Positions 45,335 through 55,572 of a stretch of DNA of 57,564 bases are shown here, piece after piece (the stretch's first letter is position 1; every line of letters begins with the position of its first letter). The stretch covers positions 1-57,564 of the IMG/VR virus record IMGVR_UViG_3300004816_000007. One strand, written 5' to 3'. This DNA is from a virus. Taxonomy: Duplodnaviria; Caudoviricetes. The notes under the pieces were generated by a model. It was not told where the DNA came from and did no database searches. It saw nothing but the letters and a program-made list of their open reading frames with translations. The position numbers and the translations under genes were made by a program.

Positions 45335-46909
45335 GTGAAGACTGTGAAGAAAGTAACAAAAATTGAACCAGCATCTGTTTCTTCCATTGTTCAGAAAAAA
45401 TTACGAGTAGCAGCTTATTGCCGGGTATCAACAACAAGTGAAGAACAGCTTGAGAGCCTAAATGCTCAAAAGGAACATTATGAAAAATATATAAAGGCTC
45501 ATTCAGAATGGGAGTTTGTTGGGTTATATTATGATGAGGGTATTACAGGTACCAAGAAAGAAAAGCGTAAAGGCTTACAGGCAATGCTTACTGCTTGTGA
45601 ATTAAAACAGATTGATTTTATTATTACTAAATCAATCAGCAGGTTTGCAAGGAATACACTGGATTGTTTGGAAATGGTTCGAAAGCTGATAGGTCTTGGG
45701 ATATTCTTATATTTCGAGAAGGAAAACCTAAATACGCAATCGATGGAGAGTGAATTAATACTTTCTATTTTAAGCAGTATGGCACAGGATGAATCTACGT
45801 CCATCTCACAAAATAGCAAGTGGAGTGTGCAATCACGTTTTAAAAAAGGTACATTTAAAATTTCTTACCCTCCATATGGCTATGCTAATATTGATGGAAA
45901 GATGGAAGTTATTCCAGAAAAAGCAGAAATAGTAAGGGGGATTTTTAGGCGAGCTTTAGCTGGGAAAGGCTGCTATACCATTGCCAGAGAATTAAATGAA
46001 AGTAATGTACCAACAAAAAAAGGTGGAAAATGGACTGGAACATCGGTTAGAGGAATATTATCCAATGAAAAATATACTGGAGATGCCCTTTTTCAAAAGA
46101 CATATACAGATAGTCAATTTAATCGTCATATAAATTCCGGACAACAAGAACAGTATCTTGTAACCAATCATCATGAGGCTATTATAAGCCACAAGGATTT
46201 TGATAGGGTTCAGGCTGTTATTAGACAACGTGGTAGCGAGAAAAGCGTCAAAAAGGGCAGTTCAAAATATTTAAACAGATATGTTTTGTCTGGGAAAATT
46301 ATCTGTAGAAAGTGCGGGGGTCACTTTAAAAGAAGAACGCATTATACAGCTAAGGGGTCCTACATTGCTTGGACTTGTCAAACTCATATTGAACATAAAG
46401 ATAAATGTACAATGAAATATATCAGAGAGGATGAAATTCATAAAGCTTTTGTGCTTATGATGAATAAGCTGGTATTTGGATATAAGGTAGTGCTGAAACC
46501 TTTGCAGGTGGCGTTAAAAACAATGAACAGTGAAGAAAGAATTACAGCACTTGCTGATTTAGATGAACGCATAGTAAAAAATACAGACCGTAAGCGTGTT
46601 ATAACAGAACTTGTGGGAAAAGGATTTTTAGATGCGACCTTTTTTACTAAAGAGTTGTCAGACATAGCGGCAGAGGCAGAAATGCTGGGACAAGAGAAAA
46701 AAAGGCTTGAAAATTCAGCCACAGGAAATCAAAAACAGCGTTTAGAATTGGATACCCTTATTCATTATATTGTTAAAAAGCCAGAGATTAGAGAATTTGA
46801 AGATACCCTCTTTGAACGGTTTGTAGAGGACATCGTTGTGTATTCTAGGAATGAAATTGGATTTTGCATGAAATGCGGTATTACGCTGAGAGAAAGGATG
46901 GTGAACTAA
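45335..46909 (+). CDS. Large serine recombinase 1
   Basis: [32 protein letters not shown] Zn ribbon, coiled coil. Confidence 0.93.
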   Translation: MKTVKKVTKIEPASVSSIVQKKLRVAAYCRVSTTSEEQLESLNAQKEHYEKYIKAHSEWEFVGLYYDEGITGTKKEKRKGLQAMLTACELKQIDFIITKSISRFARNTLDCLEMVRKLIGLGIFLYFEKENLNTQSMESELILSILSSMAQDESTSISQNSKWSVQSRFKKGTFKISYPPYGYANIDGKMEVIPEKAEIVRGIFRRALAGKGCYTIARELNESNVPTKKGGKWTGTSVRGILSNEKYTGDALFQKTYTDSQFNRHINSGQQEQYLVTNHHEAIISHKDFDRVQAVIRQRGSEKSVKKGSSKYLNRYVLSGKIICRKCGGHFKRRTHYTAKGSYIAWTCQTHIEHKDKCTMKYIREDEIHKAFVLMMNKLVFGYKVVLKPLQVALKTMNSEERITALADLDERIVKNTDRKRVITELVGKGFLDATFFTKELSDIAAEAEMLGQEKKRLENSATGNQKQRLELDTLIHYIVKKPEIREFEDTLFERFVEDIVVYSRNEIGFCMKCGITLRERMVN

Positions 46910-47344
46910 ATGGCATCACACATACCTTATGGTTATGTAATTAAAGATGGTAAGGCTGTAATTGATGAAGTTTGTGCTAAGCAGGTTAGTCAACTATATG
47001 AAAATTATTTGTCTGGTGATAGTTTGCAAAATGCAGCCGCTAAGGCAGGTATCAATACATGGCATGGAACAGTATCAAGAATACTTGAAAATAAAAAGTA
47101 TCTTGGGACAAAGTATTATCCTTCTATTATTGAAAGAGGTATATTTGAAACAGTTCAGAAAGAGCGCCATAGAAGAGCAGTGGCGTTGGGAAGAGTCAAA
47201 GAGGAAACTGCAAATGAGCCACCTGCACTGGATGTCCCTTCTGCCCTGCCAAAGTTTTGGATGAAACCGTTAGAGGTTAAATTTCAAGACCCCTATAAAC
47301 AAGCTGAATTTGCTTATAGCCTAATAGAAAGTGAGATGAGTTGA
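46910..47344 (+). CDS. Small recombinase-domain protein (middle gene of triplet)
   Basis: HIPYGY.I.DG, IL.N.KYLG..YYP.II....F; no catalytic resolvase domain. Confidence 0.8.
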   Translation: MASHIPYGYVIKDGKAVIDEVCAKQVSQLYENYLSGDSLQNAAAKAGINTWHGTVSRILENKKYLGTKYYPSIIERGIFETVQKERHRRAVALGRVKEETANEPPALDVPSALPKFWMKPLEVKFQDPYKQAEFAYSLIESEMS

Positions 47345-47345
47345 A

Positions 47346-48914
47346 ATGGCAGTAAGAAACATAATGGTTATTCCTGCTAAAGCAAGAGTTGGAAACACCG
47401 CATCAGAAGTACAGATACTCAAATTGAGAGTAGCTGCTTACTGCCGTGTTTCTACGGAAAGTGATGAGCAGGCTACTAGTTACGAGGCACAGATAGAGCA
47501 TTATACAGAACTGATTAATAAGAATCCAGAATGGAAACTTGCAGGGATTTACGCCGATGATGGAATAAGTGGTACTAATACTAAAAAGCGTGAAGAGTTT
47601 AATCGTATGATTGATGAGTGTATGGCAGGAAATATTGATATGATAGTGACTAAATCCATCAGTCGATTTGCACGAAATACTCTTGATTGCTTGAGATATA
47701 TCCGTCAACTTAAAGATAAGAATATTCCTGTATATTTTGAAAAAGAGTCTATAAACACAATGGATGCTAAGGGAGAGGTATTACTTACCATTATGGCATC
47801 CCTTGCCCAACAGGAGAGTCAGTCATTGAGTCAGAACGTAAAGCTTGGGTTGCAATATCGATATCAACAAGGCATTGTCCAAGTTAACCACAATAGATTC
47901 CTTGGATACACTAAAGATGAGGAAGGCCATTTAATTATAGAGCCGAAAGGCGCTGAAGTTGTAAAAAGAATTTATCGTGAGTACTTAGAAGGGGCAAGCT
48001 TGATTGAAATAGCAAGGGGGTTAATGGCAGATAATATTTTGACATCTGCAGGGAAAGAAAAATGGCGATCCGAAACTATCAAAAAGATATTACAAAATGA
48101 AAAATATATCGGAGATGCCCTTTTGCAAAAAACCTATACAGTGGACTTTCTTACTAAAAAACGAGTAAAAAATGATGGTATTGTTCCTCAGTATTATGTG
48201 GAAAACAACCATGAACCTATCATACCACGAGATTTATATCTGCAGGTTCAAGAAGAAATGGAACGTAGAAAAAATATCCACAGCGGAAAAAGCGGAAAAA
48301 AGAGGGTTTACAGCAGCAAATATGCTCTTTCCACCATAGTAATTTGTGGACGCTGTGGGGATATATTTCGAAGAGTCCATTGGAATAACCATGGCTGTAA
48401 ATCTATTGTTTGGCGATGTGCGAGCAGACTTGACAAAACAGCAGCAGATTGTTCAGCACGAACTATACGAGAAGAAGATTTGAAAAGTGCAGTGGTGCAG
48501 GCAGTCAATAAAGTGTTTGAATCAAAAACACAATTTATGGATATTCTGAATCGAAATATTTCAGTGGTCATGAATCAAGTTGATAGCAGTGAAATAGAAC
48601 TGATAAATCAAAAATTGGAACAGTTGCAAAAGGAACTGCTTAAGCAAGCAAATAACAACCAAGACTACTCTATTCTTGCTAATGAGATTTACAGACTTAG
48701 AGATGAGAAGGAAACAGCAATGGCTAAAAATGCTGGATTCTCAAGTCAAAAACAAAGAATGGCTGAAATGACAAAATTCCTTAAAGAGCAGGAAAGTATT
48801 TCTAAAGAATATGATGAGCATATAGTGCGTAAATTGATAGAAAGGATTACGGTCTATGATGAAAGACTTACAGTTGAGTTCAAATCAGGGATGGAGCTTG
48901 ATGTGGAGATGTAG
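47346..48914 (+). CDS. Large serine recombinase 2
   Basis: [35 protein letters not shown]. Confidence 0.93.
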   Translation: MAVRNIMVIPAKARVGNTASEVQILKLRVAAYCRVSTESDEQATSYEAQIEHYTELINKNPEWKLAGIYADDGISGTNTKKREEFNRMIDECMAGNIDMIVTKSISRFARNTLDCLRYIRQLKDKNIPVYFEKESINTMDAKGEVLLTIMASLAQQESQSLSQNVKLGLQYRYQQGIVQVNHNRFLGYTKDEEGHLIIEPKGAEVVKRIYREYLEGASLIEIARGLMADNILTSAGKEKWRSETIKKILQNEKYIGDALLQKTYTVDFLTKKRVKNDGIVPQYYVENNHEPIIPRDLYLQVQEEMERRKNIHSGKSGKKRVYSSKYALSTIVICGRCGDIFRRVHWNNHGCKSIVWRCASRLDKTAADCSARTIREEDLKSAVVQAVNKVFESKTQFMDILNRNISVVMNQVDSSEIELINQKLEQLQKELLKQANNNQDYSILANEIYRLRDEKETAMAKNAGFSSQKQRMAEMTKFLKEQESISKEYDEHIVRKLIERITVYDERLTVEFKSGMELDVEM

Positions 48915-48936
48915 ATGATAACAGCAAATAAGAGAT

Positions 48937-48978
48937 AAAATACCTTGTCGGATAGTTATAATGCGACAAGGTATTTTT
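48937..48978 (+). terminator. Terminator after recombinase operon
   Basis: AAAATACCTTGTCG/CGACAAGGTATTTT inverted repeat. Confidence 0.75.
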
Positions 48979-48990
48979 ATGATTTTTGTA

Positions 48991-49065
48991 ATTAGTCAAT
49001 ACAAATTAGTCTATTAGTATTGACTAATACTAATTTCTGCATTATACTGGAAACAGTAAATTAGT
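48991..49065 (+). promoter_or_regulatory. Sigma70 promoter overlapped by an ATTAGT/ACTAAT operator array
   Basis: TTGACT 49020, 17 nt, TATACT 49043; 12-bp inverted repeat 48991-49002/49017-49028; six ATTAGT/ACTAAT boxes. Confidence 0.7.
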
Positions 49066-49082
49066 GTACGGAGGTATAACCA

Positions 49083-49610
49083 ATGAATAGAAATATTAAT
49101 ATTTCCATAGATGAAGATGTATATGAAAAGTTTTGTCTTGCGGTGAATCTAACAAAAGATAAGGAAAATGATGCGATAGAATCTTCCATGAGATGGTATA
49201 TTGCCAAGACGTTTGAAAAGGCATCTCAAGATTATAATCCGAAAGTAGCAACAAAGAAAATTGCAAATGAAAGTAATGATTATTATGGAAAGGCTATTCA
49301 GCGTATACCTGTTTGGGCATTGAAACCTACTCAGTATAATCATAAAATTATCAGAGCATATTTTGAGGCTGTTAATATTGCAGGACAAGCCACTATTGCA
49401 ATGATGGAGCAATTGTGCAGTGATAAAGAACATCCAGAATTATATGTTCCAACTTTCAAAAATAATTATTCCCAGATGAAAATTGATGGTCCTAAAAGTC
49501 ATGGCAAAGTGTTTGAGGATGATGGGAATAACGTATGGATTTGGAGTGAAGTTGAAGAAATACTCATGAAATATAAATCAAGTTTTTGTAGTGAGGAGGA
49601 ATTAAGGTGA
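49083..49610 (+). CDS. Hypothetical protein with ribbon-helix-helix-like N-terminus
   Basis: NINISIDEDVYEKF...IE..MR.YI strand-helix-helix pattern; SD GGAGGT. Confidence 0.55.
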   Translation: MNRNINISIDEDVYEKFCLAVNLTKDKENDAIESSMRWYIAKTFEKASQDYNPKVATKKIANESNDYYGKAIQRIPVWALKPTQYNHKIIRAYFEAVNIAGQATIAMMEQLCSDKEHPELYVPTFKNNYSQMKIDGPKSHGKVFEDDGNNVWIWSEVEEILMKYKSSFCSEEELR

Positions 49611-51298
49611 GCGAGTTAATTGATGACAGCATAAGTATCTATGAGGCTTTGCAGAATATTAAAAATGGAAAATATGTTATGCCTGCATTCCAAAGGCAGT
49701 ATGTCTGGAATATGGAGCAGATAGAAAAACTATGGGATTCAATTCTATTGGATTATCCAATAGCAACATTCTTATTTTGGCATGTGGATGATGACAACGT
49801 AACTTGGGATACATATTTCTGCAATTTCCTATCTGAAGTTACTTTTGACAGTAGAAAACAAGCAGACAGCGTGAATTATGAATTAAGTAATATTGATGTA
49901 AAGATTACAAATACAGCAGTACTTGATGGACAGCAGAGATTAACTTCACTGTTTCTTTCTTTATTAGGTCAAGCTTTTATTCGACAAAAGCACGCAAGAA
50001 GGAAAAATGGTGGTGGCATTGTTACAAAATTGTTGATTGAACTTAATAAGAATAAACTGACTGTTGATGAAGAAGAGTACAATAGCAAGAAGTATGACAT
50101 TAAGTTCAGTGAAAAGGTTGGGAAACTAAGTCCGACACAATTTGAAATTAAATGTATCTTAGATCCTAAATTTCAAGATGAAACAACCAGGTATAAAGCT
50201 ATTGAAGATGCCATTGCTAATGTTCCGGCAGACAGTAAAGAGTATGCAAGAGGTATTTTAAATAAGCTGTACATTAAAATATTTGTTGATAAGTTGATTC
50301 GGTTTACGGAAATACATGATATGAAACAGGATGATGCTTTGGAAATGTTCGTAAGATTTAATAGCGGTGGAAAAGCTCTTAAAAAATCTGAAATAACAAT
50401 GTCTATTCTTGAGGCATACTGGCCAAGTGCAAAAACTGAATTTGGAAGACTTCTCGTGGATTCTTATGCCGGATTTGGCTCGGATTTTATTATCCGTTCT
50501 GCTCTTATGCTTTATGGTGATGTTGTAAAATCCAATATTAGCAAACAAATAGCTGAGGAACTTAAGAACAATTGGAGTGAATTTAAAAGGGCATTAAAAA
50601 ATTTGGAAGCCGTGCTAAAAGGAATGAAGATTGAAGTTAGGCGTTTTTCAAGTAGCTGGAACGTGCTATTGCCTATACTCTACTTTATTTATTATAACCC
50701 GGATTATGAAAATAACCTTGATGGAATCCGTGCCTATTTAATTAGGGCAATTCTGTTTACATATTTTCAATCTGGTACAACTGGGAAACTACAGCAGATG
50801 AAGAGTAGAATCAATGAAAATGATTACGAAATTACTGTTGATATGCTTAATCAGATGAATGATCTCAGAGTCACTGATGGTAAAATTGAGGATATTCTTA
50901 ATACTGAAAAAGGTAGTAGAGTTGCTGGGGAGGCCTTATATTATCTCAGTTTAGACTGGATAAATAAAAATTTCAAGTATGAGCAAGACCATCTACATCC
51001 CTTCGATAGGTTTGATGGTAGTAAGCCGATATCCGTTTCTATGGAAGAATGGCGAAGATGGAGAGGCAACCGTAATAGACTGGCGAATTTGCACCTACTG
51101 GAAGGCAGAAGTAATGGCAGCAAGAATGATATGAGACTTGTTGATTATTACAATGATATGAATGATGAACAAAAAGCAGAGTTCTGTAAGCAGTCTTTCA
51201 TTCCACAAGGTATTTCACTTGAACTTGAGAATTTTGGTGAGTTCTATGAAAAGAGAAAAGCAATTCTGGCAGAGAAGCTTAGTGGACTGTTAGGCTAA
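49607..51298 (+). CDS. DUF262 + HNH protein (GmrSD-like modification-dependent restriction family)
   Basis: P.FQRQYVW, VLDGQQRLTSL, F.RFN.GG..L; C-terminal EQDHLHP...LANL.LL...N..KN. Confidence 0.85.
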   Translation: MSELIDDSISIYEALQNIKNGKYVMPAFQRQYVWNMEQIEKLWDSILLDYPIATFLFWHVDDDNVTWDTYFCNFLSEVTFDSRKQADSVNYELSNIDVKITNTAVLDGQQRLTSLFLSLLGQAFIRQKHARRKNGGGIVTKLLIELNKNKLTVDEEEYNSKKYDIKFSEKVGKLSPTQFEIKCILDPKFQDETTRYKAIEDAIANVPADSKEYARGILNKLYIKIFVDKLIRFTEIHDMKQDDALEMFVRFNSGGKALKKSEITMSILEAYWPSAKTEFGRLLVDSYAGFGSDFIIRSALMLYGDVVKSNISKQIAEELKNNWSEFKRALKNLEAVLKGMKIEVRRFSSSWNVLLPILYFIYYNPDYENNLDGIRAYLIRAILFTYFQSGTTGKLQQMKSRINENDYEITVDMLNQMNDLRVTDGKIEDILNTEKGSRVAGEALYYLSLDWINKNFKYEQDHLHPFDRFDGSKPISVSMEEWRRWRGNRNRLANLHLLEGRSNGSKNDMRLVDYYNDMNDEQKAEFCKQSFIPQGISLELENFGEFYEKRKAILAEKLSGLLG

Positions 51299-51330
51299 TT
51301 CTTTCATTAAAAATTGTAAGGGGTGAGAAA

Positions 51331-53379
51331 ATGCTTGTTACAAGAGGCATAGCAATGACGGATGGTTTAAATAGGAAAAATCATTTTATATCGTTAAATG
51401 CAATTATCAATGCATACGAAGAAACTTGGAAATATGGAACACCATCCAATCTGAATCATGATAGTACAAAATTTGTTGGATGGACTTTTGTTAATGGAAT
51501 ATATATGGAGCCAGGAAAAGCTTATGTAACAAATGAAATGCGGATTCCAGAAAATGATACCGAGCACAAGAACTTCTTACGTAGGAATATGGAATACTTA
51601 TATAGAAAGTATTACCTTGAAAGAAAAGATAAGTATGATAAGTTAAAAGAACTATTAGGAAAGAATTTATCATGTGAATCACGTCCAGCATTGATTAGTT
51701 GCATAGCCTATGAAGATAAAGGAATACTATATAAAATTTTTCCTGAAATAAAAGACAAGATGCACAAAGGGTTGATTAATATGAATCAATTAACTCCTGT
51801 TCTTCCAGGAATATATAAAATGGATAAATATATTATTTTTGCACATAGATTTTTTAGACGTAATTGTTCAATGCTAAATTCATTAAATGATGAGTTTTTG
51901 CAAAGACTACAAAATTTGTCATTAGAAGATTTGAATGTACAAGTTGCACTGGATCCAGACCTAATAGGACTCTTCGGTACAGAAATGTCAGAATTAGAAT
52001 ACCAATACTGGTGGGGACCAAAATTTAATGAGGATTTATCAATGATTCCTCTGGGGGTGACAAAGCATGAAAATGAAAGTTATGACAATATTTTTTCTAA
52101 CCTTTGTTTTACCGAGTTTGGCTGGTATATGCAAGATGGACGTCAAACTTTTGAATGTGAAGAAGTAATTGATAAAGCAAACGTACAAAATGATGAGAGC
52201 GAGTACTATGGATGTCGATTTGTTCATAGTATGTTAAATCCTATAACAAAATTGCCAAATCATTTAGATGGTGCAATAAGAGCATACACTGATGAACAAA
52301 TCATAGGACGCTTAGAAATGAGTATAGATAAATCTGAAAGAGATACTTGGTATACAAAATTATGGCGAATTGACAATGATATGCCGGTGAGTTTATGGAA
52401 GGAACTCATTACACATTATTATCGGGACAATATGCTAATTGGTGAGTATTTTTGCGGAGAAGATAATAAATTCAAAAATATATTATTAGAAGAGAAAGAA
52501 GAAAACGAAACTGTACCATTTGAAAAATATGTTCCTACAAATATGAGTAAAGGTGATGGTATTCGCTTCTATTTTAGATACATTCCAAAAGTTAACATTA
52601 ATGAAAAGTATGATGTTGTGATAAGAAGCAATGAATTTTTAATATGGAATCAAACTAAAACAAAAGTAATGGAAACGGAAACCATTACAGTGCTAAAATT
52701 GCTAAAAAGATATGGTATAAAAGTTCTTTTTCCTGTTACAGCACGTGTTGGACATGAAGACTTAGTATTTAACTTTCCAACGTTTGTGTGTGTCAATTAT
52801 GAAACTGCTGCAAAAGTCCAACAAGCAATGTATAATCTTTGCATAGCATGGAGTAGTAACAATAATGATAGGCTTATTTCATATTCAATAATTGTAAATG
52901 AAAGTGATGATGCAATAGAACTTTCATTTGCAGGTCATGTGGATGATATGGTTAGTATTTTTGATGACGAAGGAAACAGATTTCCTAATAAGCAAAATTT
53001 ATATAAGTGGATTGAAAATTTGTATGCAAAGAATAATAAAAATGGAGTTGCGGATCAACATCCAAAAGTGAGTGATTTGTTGACCAGTGCAGGAAACTTA
53101 CGATATAAAAGACAACTTGTACCTGCTAAATTTCTTGAAAATATTAAGATAGAAAACCACAATATGATAGTAGAGTTTATCGAGAAAAAAGAAACGGTTA
53201 CTGAAATGGTTGAGAATCAAGTAGGGATTGCTCCTATATATTTAATAGAAAATACACGATGTTCGAAATGTGGAAAAGAATATATTTCATGTGATTGTGT
53301 GAAATTTATTGATGATTGTAGTGAAATTATTGAAAAGTTTCACTTTTTAGGTGCTACATGGACAAATCGGCATGCTTGA
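51331..53379 (+). CDS. Large hypothetical protein with prohead-protease-like termini; putative defence protein
   Basis: 682-aa ORF in operon with DUF262; N-terminal P...NHD...VG and C-terminal CSKCG...C.C...GATWTNRHA. Confidence 0.6.
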   Translation: MLVTRGIAMTDGLNRKNHFISLNAIINAYEETWKYGTPSNLNHDSTKFVGWTFVNGIYMEPGKAYVTNEMRIPENDTEHKNFLRRNMEYLYRKYYLERKDKYDKLKELLGKNLSCESRPALISCIAYEDKGILYKIFPEIKDKMHKGLINMNQLTPVLPGIYKMDKYIIFAHRFFRRNCSMLNSLNDEFLQRLQNLSLEDLNVQVALDPDLIGLFGTEMSELEYQYWWGPKFNEDLSMIPLGVTKHENESYDNIFSNLCFTEFGWYMQDGRQTFECEEVIDKANVQNDESEYYGCRFVHSMLNPITKLPNHLDGAIRAYTDEQIIGRLEMSIDKSERDTWYTKLWRIDNDMPVSLWKELITHYYRDNMLIGEYFCGEDNKFKNILLEEKEENETVPFEKYVPTNMSKGDGIRFYFRYIPKVNINEKYDVVIRSNEFLIWNQTKTKVMETETITVLKLLKRYGIKVLFPVTARVGHEDLVFNFPTFVCVNYETAAKVQQAMYNLCIAWSSNNNDRLISYSIIVNESDDAIELSFAGHVDDMVSIFDDEGNRFPNKQNLYKWIENLYAKNNKNGVADQHPKVSDLLTSAGNLRYKRQLVPAKFLENIKIENHNMIVEFIEKKETVTEMVENQVGIAPIYLIENTRCSKCGKEYISCDCVKFIDDCSEIIEKFHFLGATWTNRHA

Positions 53380-53566
53380 TTAGGATATAGTTAGAATGAC
53401 AGTTGTTAGAGGATTGTATTATGACATTCTATTTATCGCCACAACCTTTTAGCTGTCAACGATATGCCTTAGGTAGTTTCAATAATAATTACAATATATG
53501 GTAAATATAAGAGCGAAAAGCAGTCAAAGTTATTATAATATGTTACCTAAACGAAAGTGGGTGGAG

Positions 53567-53631
53567 TTGACATTATATAAGTCCTCTCGAGCCATGTTGA
53601 GTGCTGTTGCTCACTTAAATTAAAAAAATAA
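53567..53631 (+). other. Right attachment junction including displaced rlmD 3' end
   Basis: TTGACATTA arm at 53567; CAT GTT GAG TGC TGT TGC TCA CTT AAA TTA AAA AAA TAA = HVECCCSLKLKK* at 53593-53631. Confidence 0.8.
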
Positions 53632-53635
53632 GTGC

Positions 53636-55153
53636 TTAAGATATTGATTTTAATAACTTACGGTTATAAACTTTAGAAGAAGAGAAAGTATAAAATACTT
53701 TCAACTCTCCGTTTTTAGAAATTTCAATACGATTAATTAATAAGTTAATAAGTTCTCTATCTATTGTTTCTAGTTCTAAAATACTTTGTAATTGAGATTT
53801 GATACTGCTAATATCAAGTCTCTCTTTTTTTGCTTCAATGGATAGTAAATCTAGTTCTTTTTGGTTTTTCTCGATTTGCTTATTTGTATCTTCTACATAA
53901 AATTTGTATTCATCTCTAGTAATATTTGAGTCTAGCATTTCATCGAGATAGAGTTTTTTCTTTCTTTTAAGGTTATCAATCTTATTAGTCAAAGAAGAAA
54001 TTTTCTTCTCGTTCTTTTTTTGCTCTTTTTGAAGTTTTTTATCAATATCAATGTTTATATTGCTTTCTTTTAGAAAGGCTTTAACATCTCTTTTTATAAT
54101 ACTGATTAAGTGTTGTTCTCTAATTATGTCATTAGAGCAAGCTTCTTTTCCACGTCTTAATCGGTTTCTACATAAGTAGCCTTTACAGTTTCCACGCCAC
54201 CAATAGGGACTTCCACACTCTGAACAGAATATAAAGCCTGTGAATAAGTGTCTGTTATCAGTATACCTAGTAGTTTTTCCTTTTCCACCGTGTGTCTTAA
54301 GAGCTAATTTTTCTTGAACTAGGTTAAAAGTAGTTTCGTCAATAATTGCTTCGTGTGTATCACGAACCCAAATCATTTCATCTTTAGAAACCATTTCTCT
54401 ATTCTTACTTGTTGTGCTTACAGACGTTTCACGGTTTTGAACAAGATGTCCTAAATAGTGATAGTTCATAAGAATTTTTTTTACAGTAGAACTTTGCCAA
54501 TACCAACCCGCATTACTGCGACCTACAACTTGTCCTGGGGTAGGGTATTTTTCTTTGTCAAGATGTCTTGCTATTGCTTCTTGACCTTTTCCTTCAAGAT
54601 ACATTTTAAAAATCAGCTTAACAACATCTTCTGTATAGTCATTTCTTTTGACAAGTTTCTTATTTTCTACCGTATAGCCATATGGAGGAATAGAACCTAA
54701 GTATTCACCTCTAGCTTGTTTCATCTTGAATACAGCTTTAATTCTATCGCTAGTGTTTTTACTTTCTGTCTCATAAATCCACGCATACAAGCCGAAAATC
54801 TTGTTCTTTTCTCTGTCAAAAGTATCAATCTTACCGTCTAAACTTAAAATTCTTACTTTCTTTTCAACTGACATTTGTTCAAGCCAAGTAAGGATATGAA
54901 TATTACGTCCTAAACGACTTAACTCTTTGACTATTATAATGTCAAAATCTCCTTTCTCAATATCATTGACCATTTTGTTAAACGCAGGTCTTTTTTTACG
55001 TCCTGTGCCTGAAATTCCTTCATCAACATAGAAACGACATAACTCATAGTCATTCTCTTTAATGTAATTAAGGAATAAAGCTTCTTGGTTCTTGATACTG
55101 TCTTTTTGTTCTTCTCTGTTTGTGCTTACTCTAAAATAACCTACTGCTTTCAT
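53636..55153 (-). CDS. Large serine recombinase (integrase of second element)
   Basis: GYFRVST, DEGISG, KELSRLGRN, PPYGY, THEAII, CSECG, coiled coil. Confidence 0.93.
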   Translation of the reverse strand: MKAVGYFRVSTNREEQKDSIKNQEALFLNYIKENDYELCRFYVDEGISGTGRKKRPAFNKMVNDIEKGDFDIIIVKELSRLGRNIHILTWLEQMSVEKKVRILSLDGKIDTFDREKNKIFGLYAWIYETESKNTSDRIKAVFKMKQARGEYLGSIPPYGYTVENKKLVKRNDYTEDVVKLIFKMYLEGKGQEAIARHLDKEKYPTPGQVVGRSNAGWYWQSSTVKKILMNYHYLGHLVQNRETSVSTTSKNREMVSKDEMIWVRDTHEAIIDETTFNLVQEKLALKTHGGKGKTTRYTDNRHLFTGFIFCSECGSPYWWRGNCKGYLCRNRLRRGKEACSNDIIREQHLISIIKRDVKAFLKESNINIDIDKKLQKEQKKNEKKISSLTNKIDNLKRKKKLYLDEMLDSNITRDEYKFYVEDTNKQIEKNQKELDLLSIEAKKERLDISSIKSQLQSILELETIDRELINLLINRIEISKNGELKVFYTFSSSKVYNRKLLKSIS

Positions 55154-55329
55154 TACGCAACCTCTCTTTCCGAGATTGCTCTTGTCTCTTCTTTATTATA
55201 GTTCTCTTTTATAATTTCATCAATCTTGTTATTAAAATATACGTTTAGTAAATCTTCTAGTGACTTACTGTTTTCATTTAAAAACACCCTTTCATTTATA
55301 GTGTATTCTTTCTCTTTTTTCTTAGTCAT
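55153..55329 (-). CDS. 58-aa protein coupled to the recombinase (candidate directionality factor)
   Basis: MTKKKEKEYTINERVFLNENSKSLEDLLNVYFNNKIDEII...EREVA*; SD GAAAGGCGG; TAATG overlap with recombinase. Confidence 0.6.
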   Translation of the reverse strand: MTKKKEKEYTINERVFLNENSKSLEDLLNVYFNNKIDEIIKENYNKEETRAISEREVA

Positions 55330-55572
55330 ACGATAGACCGCCTTTCTATCACGTCCTTTATTGCGTGATTGGCTCTCAAATAGAAATTTGGTCTCTTATA
55401 AGAGTAAAGTGTCTAAAGTATAAACTCTTTTTTAAAATAATGCTGTAAAAAATCAAAAAATCTTTATCTTTGTAGAAAGGTAACAAAAACATAGCCCCCG
55501 TTTTTCTTATATTTATATTCTTTTTACATATCATACATAAAACAATTTGATAAATAGAGGGGGTTAACACAT

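Larger units (their letters stand above)
843..53593. mobile_element. Temperate siphovirus prophage with defence cargo, integrated in the 3' end of rlmD by a serine recombinase
   Basis: CATGT(G/T)GAG core at 842 and 53593; full set of replication, packaging, head, tail, lysis and recombinase genes between them. Confidence 0.9.
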
